Origin: Spirochaetia bacterium
Lineage (GTDB): Bacteria > Spirochaetota > Spirochaetia > SZUA-6 > Bin103
Length of the DNA stretch: 64,000 bases
Assembly (NCBI GenBank): GCA_965203055.1
Contig: OZ241863.1
Coordinates: 3,232,001-3,296,000, forward strand
Reading direction: 5' to 3'
Shown here: positions 1 to 9,002 of the stretch, piece after piece
Layout of the letters: every line of letters starts with the position of its first letter
Position numbering within the stretch: the stretch's first letter is position 1
The notes under the pieces: model-generated
The model's input: only the letters and a program-made list of their open reading frames with translations
Database searches by the model: none
Told to the model about the DNA's origin: nothing
Position numbers and translations under genes: made by a program

Positions 1-661
1 CGAGCATCGCGGTCACCGGGTTGCGCCCCTCCCAGGGATAGGCGGCGTGGGTGGAGACGCCGCGCCATTCCGCGTCGAGATGCAGGATGCCCTTCTCCGC
101 CACCACTACCGCGTCGATCGAGCCCCCGTCCGGCAGCAGCGCCACCCCGCACGTCAAGCCCTGCTCGGCGAGATGGCCGGCGCCGTTGCGCCCGCCGTGC
201 TCTTCGTCGCCGGTGACCGCCAAGCCGAGCGAAATGCCGGGGTGGCGGTGATGCAGCTCGGTGAACAGGGTCACGAGAACGGCCAGCGCGCCCTTCATGT
301 CGCCGGCGCCCGGCCCGTAGATGCGGCCGTCGCGCACCTGCGAGCGATAGAGCCCGGAGGGACCGTGGTCGACCACGTCGACGTGCGCCAGCAGCAGCAC
401 CTCCGGCCGCACTACCGCGGCGGGCCGCACCACCAGGGAGGGGACGCCGGCGCAGCGGTGCTCCTCCAGGCGCAGGCCGGCGACGGTGTCGAGCTGGATG
501 CGCAGCAGGTCGAGGCCGCGTTCGATCTCGGCGGGATGGGCCGCTGCGCTGGGGATCAGGATCAGGTCGCGGGTGAGCGATACCAGGCGGTCGCGCAGCG
601 CGGCGTCAGCGTACCCGGCGCCCGTATACCCGGCGTCCGGGTACTCCTCAGTCCCGGTCAT
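1..661 (-). CDS. M20/M25/M40 family metallopeptidase (ArgE/DapE-like), 5' part; runs off the window start
   Basis: Not in the ORF track; translated by hand from ATG 661: MTGTEEYP...LLLAHVDVV...GRIYGPGAGDMKG...TGDEEHGG...AEKG...HAAYPWEGRNPV. These are the M20 metal-binding motifs HxDVV, GxxDMKG and DEE. The start overlaps the end of the upstream gene. Confidence 0.88.
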   Translation of the reverse strand, partial: MTGTEEYPDAGYTGAGYADAALRDRLVSLTRDLILIPSAAAHPAEIERGLDLLRIQLDTVAGLRLEEHRCAGVPSLVVRPAAVVRPEVLLLAHVDVVDHGPSGLYRSQVRDGRIYGPGAGDMKGALAVLVTLFTELHHRHPGISLGLAVTGDEEHGGRNGAGHLAEQGLTCGVALLPDGGSIDAVVVAEKGILHLDAEWRGVSTHAAYPWEGRNPVTAML

Positions 662-2009
662 AGCGCCACTTCAGGTGAAAGGCCCGCTCCACCAGAGCGC
701 ACGTGCGCTGCACGGCGGCGGCGTCCCGAGCCAGACACAGCAACTGACTCTTGGCGACCTGGCGGTTGCCGTCGAGGTTGAAGTTGATCGGCAACACCCC
801 GGCGTCGGCGCCGGGGTGGAACAGACACCGCTCCCGTTCCAGGGCGGCGAGCACCGCCGGCGCCGGCAGCGGCGGATGGAAGCGCAGATTGCGCATCAGC
901 CACGCCCCGCCGGGAATGAAGTGGCGCGCCAGAATCGAGGGGTAGGAAGCGCCGGTCACGCGCGCGTTGATCTCGGCGGCGATGGCCTGCAGTTGGCCGT
1001 CGCGGCGCGCCAGCACGAAGTCTACCGACGCGGTGCCGCGGTAGCCTTGGGAATGCAGCCAGAGCGCGGCCCGGGAGGCCACGGCCAGAAGCTGGTCGAC
1101 GGCGCCCGGTTGCGCGGCGGCGTACGGGGGCGGCGCGACGTTGCCTTCGTGCACGCTGTGAGCGCCGAGGATCTGTTCGGTCACGTCATACAGGCTCACC
1201 TCGTGATCGGCCAGGAAGAGCTGCACGCTCGGCGACCCGATCAGCTCGACGCCGCCGGCGCCGTCTTCGAGCCAGCCCTGCACCAGGCAGGGGCCTTCGT
1301 GAAACAGGTATGTCGGGATGCGCGCGGCATCGATGCCGGCTGCCGGCAGACACAGCATGCCGATCCCGGAGCCTCCGATCTGCGCCTTGAGGGCGACCTT
1401 GGCGTAGCCCATCGCCTGCAGTTGCCGGCAGCAGGCCGCGGCATGCCGGGCCGACTCGGCGGTCACGGTATCGAAGGTGGGCAGACCTTCCTGGGCCAGG
1501 AACTGGTGCAGCAGCAGCTTGTTGTTGCCGTTGTGGCTGCCGGCGTGGCTGCTCAGGGTCCGCTTGCCGGCGCGCTGCGCCAGCTCCGCGAGCGGATGAT
1601 CGGTCACGAAGCCGTCGATCCACGGCGCCGGATGGGCGCGCAGCCGCTCGACCAGGGCGGCGCGGCCGCCGGCGGGGGCGCGCCCCTGGTAGGTGGCCGG
1701 CGTGGTCAGGAGCACCTCCGGCAGACTGAGGCCGAGCCCCTCATGGTAGCCGCGCAGCTCGCCGGCCGGCTCCGATTCCAGTACCAGCAGGTTCCCGCCG
1801 CCGGTGAACAGCAGGTCGATCAACGGCAGCAGCCGCCCGCCGTAGGAGTCGATCCCCTTGATCTGCTCGGTGAGAATCTCGGTCTGCCGCCGGTTGCCGT
1901 AGAACAGCGACAGCACGTTGGCCACGAAGACCGCGCTGCGGTCCCAGAAGCGCGGCAGATGAGCAGGGCGCGCCCGCACCGCCGGCGGGCGCTCGGTGAC
2001 GTTCGTCAT
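648..2009 (-). CDS. ATP-grasp fold protein (peptide ligase-like, PGM1/pre-ATP-grasp type)
   Basis: Motifs NNKLLLHQFL, KAQIGGSGIG, LVQGWLE, SPSVQ, GYRGTASVDF and EINARVTG match the ATP-grasp pattern. Confidence 0.72.
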   Translation of the reverse strand: MTNVTERPPAVRARPAHLPRFWDRSAVFVANVLSLFYGNRRQTEILTEQIKGIDSYGGRLLPLIDLLFTGGGNLLVLESEPAGELRGYHEGLGLSLPEVLLTTPATYQGRAPAGGRAALVERLRAHPAPWIDGFVTDHPLAELAQRAGKRTLSSHAGSHNGNNKLLLHQFLAQEGLPTFDTVTAESARHAAACCRQLQAMGYAKVALKAQIGGSGIGMLCLPAAGIDAARIPTYLFHEGPCLVQGWLEDGAGGVELIGSPSVQLFLADHEVSLYDVTEQILGAHSVHEGNVAPPPYAAAQPGAVDQLLAVASRAALWLHSQGYRGTASVDFVLARRDGQLQAIAAEINARVTGASYPSILARHFIPGGAWLMRNLRFHPPLPAPAVLAALERERCLFHPGADAGVLPINFNLDGNRQVAKSQLLCLARDAAAVQRTCALVERAFHLKWRYDRD

Positions 2010-2073
2010 ATGATCCAGCGTCCGGTATGGTAGATGGCGCGCCGCCGGTTGGCAACGGCAGCCGGCGTGCCAT

Positions 2074-4203
2074 CAGGAAAATCCCATGCTACAGAGGCTG
2101 GTGGGAGCCGCGCCGACGCGGAGGCCGGAGTGGCCAGCGACAATCAAGATGAGAACCGAGCGGCTGCCTCCGGCGGAGGGGAATGGGACAGCGGGTGGCG
2201 CACCTGAGGGCTTGGTCCCGACCGTAGTCGCGCAGTTGGCCCCGGACGGCGACCGGATGGGAGCGCGGGGCGGGCCGGGAGTGGTTCGAGGAGTGGGGGC
2301 GGAGCGCTTGAAGCGGGGCTGCGCCAGCCTCAGCCGGGCGCCATGAGGGCCTTGATGGCTACCTTCGGGCGCCCGGTAAAGTAGCGTAGTGCCGACGCCA
2401 CGTTGGTCCACCGGCGGTAGCGCAGGATCAGTGCCAGCACCAGGTTGTTGCACACCGCGCGGTTGGCAGGCGCCGCGTGGCGCCGCGCCAGGCAGGCGTC
2501 CTCAGCCAAGGTGCGGTCGCGGCGATGGTGGTTCTTCGACTCGATCGCCCAGTGGCCGCGGTTCCAGGCCAGCAGTTGCTCCGCAGAGGCTTCGGAGGCC
2601 GGCACCGAAGTGATGCCGTAGGCGTAGGTAACGGTCTTCTCGCCGCTCTTGAGCACGTGGCGGTCGCGGCGCACCCGGAACACCTGCGCGACGTGCGGGT
2701 AGTTGAGGGTGTTGGGCGGCAAGGTCATAACTTCGATGTGGCGCCGTTCGATGCGGCCATGGGCCTTCTCGGACGCTGTGGAGAAGCGCGCGGTAGCGTG
2801 TTCCCAGGGGATGCTGACGAGTGCCTCGTAGGTCTCGGAGGAGTTCTGCTTGACGGTCATCTGATAGTGGGCCTGGTGCTGTTCGACGATCTTGGTGGCG
2901 GTGTCGCGGGTGGTGTGGAGGGCATCGAGGGTGATCACCGCGCCGCCGATCGAGACGGTCTCCAGCAGGGCGCCGACGGCGGCCAACTCGCCATTCTCGT
3001 CGTGGAAGTTGAGACTGGCGAGCGGCACGCCGGTGCCGTGCTCGACCAGGGTGGCGGTCTCGTAGCGTAGCGAGCCGTGGCGATTGGCGCCGCGAATGCG
3101 CTTGCCGTCGGCCGCGATGGCGCGGCGTTGGCGCGGAGCTGGCGGTGGCAGGCGGGACTCGGAATAGCGCTGCAGGATGGCTTCGAGGTGCTCGGTATCG
3201 GCGTGCATGAGCACCCGGTGGATGGTGGACTTGGGGGGCGGATGGTAGCGCCCGGTGCGCCGATTGCGCCACGCGCCAATATCTTTGAGGTCCTTCTGCG
3301 TGAGCCTCTGAGCATACTCCGCCGCCGCGACCGGGCCGCGAAAGTTGCCCAGCGCAGCCAGCAGGTAGACTGTCAGCACGGTCGCAATGGAGTGCTTGCG
3401 CCCCTGGCCGCGGCGGTAGTCGGGGAGGTCTTCGAGTTCGGCGTACAGACTGCGCTTATCGACTGCGGCGTTATCGTCTGGGTGTTCGGGCCGTGCCCGC
3501 CAGCAGTCTGGCAGCTTGCCGGGCTGGCTGAGGATACGCCGGGCATCGCGCCGCAAGGGGCGCACGAAGAGACGCTTCGGGTGGCCGTGAGGGTCGGTGT
3601 AGTGGCCGTTGCTGCGCGCGTAGCCCTTGCTGTCGCCGACGTAGGTCCAGTTGCCGGCCTGATACAGGGTGCCGGAGAAGCGCTGCGGATCGACGAAGCT
3701 CTCCGCAACCAGCAGCGGATGGCCGTAGTGGTGCTGCCAATCGGAACTGAGTTGGCGCAGCATCGCGGCCATCATCCTGGAGGCGAGATTGGGAAACACG
3801 CCGCGCTGGCCCAGGACGACGAAGCGGGTGTTGTTGGCCACCAGATGGAGGCGGCGGAACATTTCGGGGCGGCGCCAGCCGATCCAGCGATCGCGGGGTG
3901 CGCACTTGAGGGCGGCGCCCTGCCAGCCGGCGAGCGCGAGCCAGCGACCGCGCCAGACGGCGAGATAGCGCAGGCCGCGGCCGGCGAAGCGGGTGAAGCC
4001 GAGATAGTGATGGTGGTTCATCAGCGCGTCCCACTGGACGCGTTCGTGGGGGTGTGCGAGGCGCACCTCCACTTCGTCGAGCGCAAACCCTGGGGGCGTG
4101 GCCTGGGGCAGGGGTTCGTCGAGCACCTTCCGAGAGTCCATGGCCTAAGCCTATCAACTCAGTTCTCGGCAGTCCAGTCCCTCCTTAGCATGGGATCGCC
4201 TTG
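2074..4203 (-). mobile_element. ISAs1-family insertion sequence, complete (2130 bp)
   Basis: 18-bp imperfect terminal IRs: CAGGAAAATCCCATGCTA (2074-2091) and TAGCATGGGATCGCCTTG (4186-4203). 9-bp target duplication GCGTGCCAT at 2065-2073 and 4204-4212. Encloses the transposase. Confidence 0.92.
2330..4141 (-). CDS. ISAs1-family DDE transposase with N-terminal DUF4338 (DruA-like) domain
   Basis: C-terminal part has PDYRRGQGRKHS, AADGKRIRG, TLDALHT, VKQN, EKAHGRIERR and RGHWAIESKNHHRRD (ISAs1). The first ~210 aa have HHYLGF, GRGLRYL, CAPRDRWIGW, VANNTRF, AESFVDPQRFSGTLYQAGNW (DUF4338-like). Confidence 0.88.
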   Translation of the reverse strand: MDSRKVLDEPLPQATPPGFALDEVEVRLAHPHERVQWDALMNHHHYLGFTRFAGRGLRYLAVWRGRWLALAGWQGAALKCAPRDRWIGWRRPEMFRRLHLVANNTRFVVLGQRGVFPNLASRMMAAMLRQLSSDWQHHYGHPLLVAESFVDPQRFSGTLYQAGNWTYVGDSKGYARSNGHYTDPHGHPKRLFVRPLRRDARRILSQPGKLPDCWRARPEHPDDNAAVDKRSLYAELEDLPDYRRGQGRKHSIATVLTVYLLAALGNFRGPVAAAEYAQRLTQKDLKDIGAWRNRRTGRYHPPPKSTIHRVLMHADTEHLEAILQRYSESRLPPPAPRQRRAIAADGKRIRGANRHGSLRYETATLVEHGTGVPLASLNFHDENGELAAVGALLETVSIGGAVITLDALHTTRDTATKIVEQHQAHYQMTVKQNSSETYEALVSIPWEHATARFSTASEKAHGRIERRHIEVMTLPPNTLNYPHVAQVFRVRRDRHVLKSGEKTVTYAYGITSVPASEASAEQLLAWNRGHWAIESKNHHRRDRTLAEDACLARRHAAPANRAVCNNLVLALILRYRRWTNVASALRYFTGRPKVAIKALMAPG

Positions 4204-4240
4204 GCGTGCCATCCGAAGCCGGCGTCAACCGCCGAGGGGC

Positions 4241-4285
4241 TTGACATCCCACCAGGCAACAGTTACCCTTTCAGAGAAAGGGTGA
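4241..4285 (+). promoter_or_regulatory. Sigma70-type promoter and overlapping palindromic operator of higBA
   Basis: TTGACA (4241-4246), 17 bp, TACCCT (4264-4269). Palindrome ACCCTTTC-AGA-GAAAGGGT (4265-4283) lies just before the GTG start at 4289. Confidence 0.65.
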
Positions 4286-4288
4286 TGG

Positions 4289-4585
4289 GTGGAAGTCTTC
4301 TTCCAGTCGAACAGGCTCTTAGGATGCTACCAGGACTCGTCGAGAGCGTATCGTGAGTGGGGCGCCATCGTTGGTCGGCGGTACATTCGCATGGTGAATG
4401 AATTGATTGCTCTGCCTGCGTTTCACGACCTGTTCGCAGTCGTGCGGATACGTGCGCACCAGTACAAGAGTCGTCCCGGCTCGTACGCGTTGAACATGAC
4501 AGGACGTTGGCGAATGATAGTTCGGCAAGGGGTTAGCCCTGACGAGGTGCTCGTGGAGGAGGTGAGCAACCACTATGATGACTAA
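4289..4585 (+). CDS. higB: HigB-like (RelE/ParE superfamily) toxin
   Basis: 98 aa with YALNMTGRWRMIV and C-terminal EEVSNHYDD; toxin-first order upstream of an Xre antitoxin. Confidence 0.8.
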   Translation: MEVFFQSNRLLGCYQDSSRAYREWGAIVGRRYIRMVNELIALPAFHDLFAVVRIRAHQYKSRPGSYALNMTGRWRMIVRQGVSPDEVLVEEVSNHYDD

Positions 4586-5672
4586 GGGCAAGGCCCGCGG
4601 CGACGTGTATTCGGACTTGGCCATCCCCCCAGGTGAGACGCTGTCCGACGAGATCGCCTCGCGCGGCATGAGCCAGACGGAGCTGGCGGCGCGTCTGGGA
4701 CGCCCGGTTCAGGTGGTAAACGAGATCGTGCATGGGAAGAAGGCGATCACCGACCACACTGCGATCGGCCTGGAGAAGGTTCTCGGCATACCGGCGGCGT
4801 TCTGGGTGAACTTGGAGCAGAACTACCGGATGACCAAAGCCAGGCTTCGCGAACGAGCCCACCTGCAGGCCGAGGAGGAGTGGCTCCAGGAACTGCCCGT
4901 CGGCGAAATGCAGAAGCGCGGCTGGATAGCCGTCCGACGGGATGTGCAGGGTAAGGTACGTGAATTGCTTCAGTTCTTCGGAGTGGCGAATGTCTCTGCC
5001 TATCGAAAGACGACCGAGGTGCTCGGGTTTCGTATCTCCGACAAGGCCAGGGTCTCGCCCGGCGCCTTGGCTGCTTGGCTGCGCAAGGGAGAGCTGGAGG
5101 CACAGACGATAGAGACCCGTGCATTCGACCAGAACCTGCTACTGGCAGCGGCTCGTCAGGCGCGCACGATGACCGAATGTCAGCCACAGGAGTTCGCCCC
5201 GCAGTTGAAACAACTATTTGCCAACGCCGGGGTCGCGTTTGTCGTGATTCCTGAACTGCCCAAAACCGGCGCTAACGGTGTTGCTCGTTGGCTCACGGAT
5301 CGAAAGGCGCTGATACAGTTGAATCTACGCTACAAATGGCAGGATATTTTTTGGTTCACGTTGTTCCATGAAATCTGCCATGTCCTCAAACACCGCGATC
5401 AGAAGATCATCATTGATGAGACCAATGAGAACGATAAGAATGGGCCGCTTGAAGACGAGGCGAATCAATGGGCCGCCGACTTCCTGGTACCGCCAAGTGA
5501 TTGGTTGGAGTTTCGAAGTGGGCGTCGGTTCGAGAAAAGTGGTATTATTGCATTTGCTCAGCGGATGGGAATATCGCCCGGCATCGTCGTGGGACGTATG
5601 CAGCGCGAGCATCTCTTGAAGTATTCTGAAATGACAGAACTAAAAGGCCGCTTTGGATGGACAAATGACTAG
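4575..5672 (+). CDS. higA: HigA-family Xre HTH antitoxin fused to ImmA/IrrE (M78) metallopeptidase
   Basis: PPGETL...MSQTELAARLG...VNEIVHGKKAIT...FWVNLE (HigA HTH). FWFTLFHEICH (HExxH) and EDEANQWAADFL. Confidence 0.88.
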   Translation: MMTKGKARGDVYSDLAIPPGETLSDEIASRGMSQTELAARLGRPVQVVNEIVHGKKAITDHTAIGLEKVLGIPAAFWVNLEQNYRMTKARLRERAHLQAEEEWLQELPVGEMQKRGWIAVRRDVQGKVRELLQFFGVANVSAYRKTTEVLGFRISDKARVSPGALAAWLRKGELEAQTIETRAFDQNLLLAAARQARTMTECQPQEFAPQLKQLFANAGVAFVVIPELPKTGANGVARWLTDRKALIQLNLRYKWQDIFWFTLFHEICHVLKHRDQKIIIDETNENDKNGPLEDEANQWAADFLVPPSDWLEFRSGRRFEKSGIIAFAQRMGISPGIVVGRMQREHLLKYSEMTELKGRFGWTND

Positions 5673-5728
5673 TTCGTTTCCAGAATTGGCAAGGAATACC
5701 TATTGGCAGACCGAAAGGAGTTGGACGA

Positions 5729-6115
5729 ATGAAGACGAGGATCGGAGCGGGCTTGATGGTCATTGCCTCCTATTTGGCGACGTTGGGCTGCGCCACGATA
5801 CTGAACGACAAGAACCCGCCACTTACTGTGACATCGAACCCCGATGGCGCTGAGGTACACGTTGATGGCTACTATGCAGGGAGAACCCCGCTGACAACCA
5901 ATGTGTCCATCAGACAGGAACATACCGTCACGGTAAGGAAAGAGGGATACCGGGATAACACGAAGATAGTCGGTTACTATACTGGTGCACTCTGGATAGT
6001 CCTGGATATTTTAACAGGACTAATTCCCCTCATAGTAGACGCCGTAACCGGAGACTGGCAGGAGCTTGACCACGAATCTGTCCACTTAGAGCTTGCGCCG
6101 GAGCCGTCCGAATGA
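5729..6115 (+). CDS. PEGA-domain lipoprotein
   Basis: Lipobox TLGC; VTSNPDGAEVHVDG..GRTP..HTVTVRKEGY (PEGA); C-terminal hydrophobic LIVDAVTG segment. Confidence 0.8.
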   Translation: MKTRIGAGLMVIASYLATLGCATILNDKNPPLTVTSNPDGAEVHVDGYYAGRTPLTTNVSIRQEHTVTVRKEGYRDNTKIVGYYTGALWIVLDILTGLIPLIVDAVTGDWQELDHESVHLELAPEPSE

Positions 6116-6224
6116 GACACCGCGAACGTTCCCGCTTGCAGGCCGAGGAGCGACCGCTCGACGTGCTGTCCGCCAGCAACGACATCAACCGCTCCGTGCG
6201 ATTGCGGTCAGGCCCGCCGGAAGA

Positions 6225-9002
6225 ATGACTCGCGACTTTGTTGGCGCCCGCTGGTGGCGGTTCGACTTCCACACCCACACCCCGGCCTCTCAAGACTACG
6301 GGAAGGGGGCGGATCAAGAGGAACTTCGCCGCCGCAGCCCGCGCGAGTGGTTGTTCGACTTCATGCGTGCGGAAGTAGACTGCGTTGCCGTTACCGATCA
6401 CAACACCGGCGCTTGGATCGATCCGCTCAAGGAAGCATACCGGGAGATCGAGCAGAGTGGGCCGGATGACTTCCGTCCGCTCGTACTGTTTCCAGGCGTC
6501 GAGATTACCGTACACGGCGGCGTGCACCTGCTGGCGATCTTCGATCCGACCGCTAACGGGGCGCAGGTCGAGGCTCTTCTCGGCGCGGCCGGTCTTCCGG
6601 CCGATGCGGCGGGGGCATTGGACGTTCTGACCGACAAGACCTTCGTGGAGGTTGCCCGGGCCGTCCACGACGCCGGGGCGCTCGCTATTCCTGCTCATGT
6701 CGATGCCGAACGGGGCATCTTCATGAACTTCCGCGGAACTACGCTCAACCAGGTGCTCGCCTGCAGCCATATCATCGCTGCTGAGGCTCTCAAAGATGGC
6801 ATCGTCGAACGTCGCCAGCCTGCATGGAGCGCCGTTATCGGCTCGGATAGCCACCACCCCGGAGGAGCAGCAGGGCAGCGATATCCGGGAAGCAACTCTA
6901 CCTGGGTAAAGATGGAGCGACCGACCCTCGAAGGTCTGCGCTTGGCCCTGATCGACGGGGCGCCGCTTTCCCTGCTGCGCAGCGACCGTTGCACTGAGAA
7001 CCCAAACGGGCACACCCACTTAGTGGTCGAGAGCATCACGGTGCAGGAAGCGAAGTACGCGGGGAGAGGCGGGGGACCGCTTGAAGCTCACTTCAGTCCG
7101 TGGATGTCAGCCCTGATAGGAGGACGGGGAACCGGCAAGTCAACGGTCATTGAGATGCTGCGCCTCGTGCTCGACCGTGCCGCAGAGCTTCCGGAGGATA
7201 TGCGCCGCGAGTTCGAGTCGTTCGCGAGCATCCCGGTGTCGCGGACCGACCGCGGCGCGCTGACCGAACAGACCGAGTTGACGGTAGTAGTACGTAAGGA
7301 TCGGAGACGCTTACGGTTGATATGGACGGGAGGGAACGGGCGGATCGAGGAACAGGATCAAGAAGGCCGTTGGTTGTCCAGTTTCGGCGACGTTAAAGAC
7401 CGCTTTCCGGTCTGGCTATACAGCCAGAAACAGCTCTTCACACTTGCCAGCGACCAGAGCGCGTTGCTTCACGTAGTGGACAGGGTGCCTGAAATGAGAC
7501 GCTTGGAATGGAGCACGTCCCGGGACCAACTCGAAGCTCGATTTCTCAGTTACCACACTCAAATCCGTGAGCTGGCTGCCCAATTGCGGGAGCGGTCCCG
7601 TGTCGAGGGACAACTTGCCGACGTGAAGCAGAAGTTGACGATCTTCGAACAGGGAAGTCATCGGCAGCGTCTGCTCGACTACCAGAGATTCAGACGTCAG
7701 CGCCGAGCGATGGATGATCGTCTCGCGGATTTGCAGCAGGCGGTAGAGCGGTCTCGATCATTTGCCGAGGAAATTGAGCCGGTTGACGTCCGGGAGGATG
7801 AGTTCGACTGCCGGGATACAGCGTCGGCTCAGGCGCTGGAACTTCTCCAGGAAGCAGCCGAATACCAACGCTCTATCGCGGCCAGTATTGTCAAATTGGC
7901 GGAAAATTTAGAGAAGTTTTGCAACGGCTGGAAGGAGCGGGCAGACCGTTCGGAGTGGACGCAACGAGAAGAAGATGTCCGCAGAGATTATCAGGATCTC
8001 GTGGCGCGTCTGGAACAGGCGGGGGTCGATGATCCATCGGAGTACGGCGCGCTGGTGCAACGGCGACAAACCCTGGAGAGCAGGTTGTCTGCGCTGGAGA
8101 CGGTCGCTGACCGGATTCGGCAGCTTCAGGAGCAGGCTAGAGCGGCTCTCACAGAGATAGAGGCTACGCGCGCAGAGCTGACTCGCACGCGCATCAAGTT
8201 CCTCAGTAGAGTACTCCAGGGAAACGAATTCGTGTCGATTTCCGTGGTGCCGTTCGGCGAGACCGCGGCGCAATCAGAATCGGCGTTTCGCTGGCATTTG
8301 AGCCGTAACGACCAACATCTGCGAAGCGATATTTTGGCAGTGGATGGTCAGCGCGGCATTCTCGCCAGGCTGTACCGCGGTCTTCCGGTCGATGGTGAGG
8401 ACCGTATCCGAGAATCGTGCGCGCGCATCGCTCGCATCAAGCGTCAGATCGCCACGATTGCTCAGGGAGAATCTGATTCAAGATTCACCAAGTGGTTCCA
8501 CAACCACGTTCGGGGGCTTCCTCCCGAACAGATTGACCGCTTCCTGCTGTGGTGGCCCGAGGATGGCCTGCGTGTGTCGTATCGGCGAGGAAGTTCCGGA
8601 GGGTCGTTGGTTCCGATTGAGCAAGGGTCTCCGGGACAGAAATCGGCCGCCATGCTTGCGTTCCTTCTCTCTCACGGAGATGAGCCGATCGTGCTCGATC
8701 AACCGGAAGACGATCTCGACAACCACTTGATCTACGATCTGATCGTGCAGCAGCTCAGGGCAAGCAAGCGCCGCCGGCAGATAATCGTCGCCACCCACAA
8801 TCCCAACGTAGTCGTAAACGGCGACGCCGAGATGGTTATCTCGATGGATCACCGTTGCGGTCAGTGTGTGGTGGTCCGAGAGGGGACCGGCAGCCTCCAG
8901 GACCAGGGCGTGCGCGACGAAGTGTGCCGAGTGATGGAGGGCGGCCGCACTGCGTTCGAGCGAAGGTATCGGCGTCTGTTGCAGGAGAGCGGCGATGCTT
9001 GA
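6225..9002 (+). CDS. PHP phosphoesterase + SMC/ABC-type ATPase fusion (TrlF/Ppl-like defence protein)
   Basis: Start reassigned to ATG 6225 (MTRDFVGARWWRFDFHTHTPAS). PHP motifs TDHN, PGVEI, AHVD, GSDSH; Walker A GGRGTGKST; long coiled coil; SPGQ signature, LDQPEDDLD and ATHN. Confidence 0.88.
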   Translation: MTRDFVGARWWRFDFHTHTPASQDYGKGADQEELRRRSPREWLFDFMRAEVDCVAVTDHNTGAWIDPLKEAYREIEQSGPDDFRPLVLFPGVEITVHGGVHLLAIFDPTANGAQVEALLGAAGLPADAAGALDVLTDKTFVEVARAVHDAGALAIPAHVDAERGIFMNFRGTTLNQVLACSHIIAAEALKDGIVERRQPAWSAVIGSDSHHPGGAAGQRYPGSNSTWVKMERPTLEGLRLALIDGAPLSLLRSDRCTENPNGHTHLVVESITVQEAKYAGRGGGPLEAHFSPWMSALIGGRGTGKSTVIEMLRLVLDRAAELPEDMRREFESFASIPVSRTDRGALTEQTELTVVVRKDRRRLRLIWTGGNGRIEEQDQEGRWLSSFGDVKDRFPVWLYSQKQLFTLASDQSALLHVVDRVPEMRRLEWSTSRDQLEARFLSYHTQIRELAAQLRERSRVEGQLADVKQKLTIFEQGSHRQRLLDYQRFRRQRRAMDDRLADLQQAVERSRSFAEEIEPVDVREDEFDCRDTASAQALELLQEAAEYQRSIAASIVKLAENLEKFCNGWKERADRSEWTQREEDVRRDYQDLVARLEQAGVDDPSEYGALVQRRQTLESRLSALETVADRIRQLQEQARAALTEIEATRAELTRTRIKFLSRVLQGNEFVSISVVPFGETAAQSESAFRWHLSRNDQHLRSDILAVDGQRGILARLYRGLPVDGEDRIRESCARIARIKRQIATIAQGESDSRFTKWFHNHVRGLPPEQIDRFLLWWPEDGLRVSYRRGSSGGSLVPIEQGSPGQKSAAMLAFLLSHGDEPIVLDQPEDDLDNHLIYDLIVQQLRASKRRRQIIVATHNPNVVVNGDAEMVISMDHRCGQCVVVREGTGSLQDQGVRDEVCRVMEGGRTAFERRYRRLLQESGDA

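Noticed and set aside
2330..4141. Druantia defence system
   Set aside because: Only a DUF4338-like domain is present, inside an IS with IRs and a target duplication; no DruE-type helicase or other dru genes are seen.
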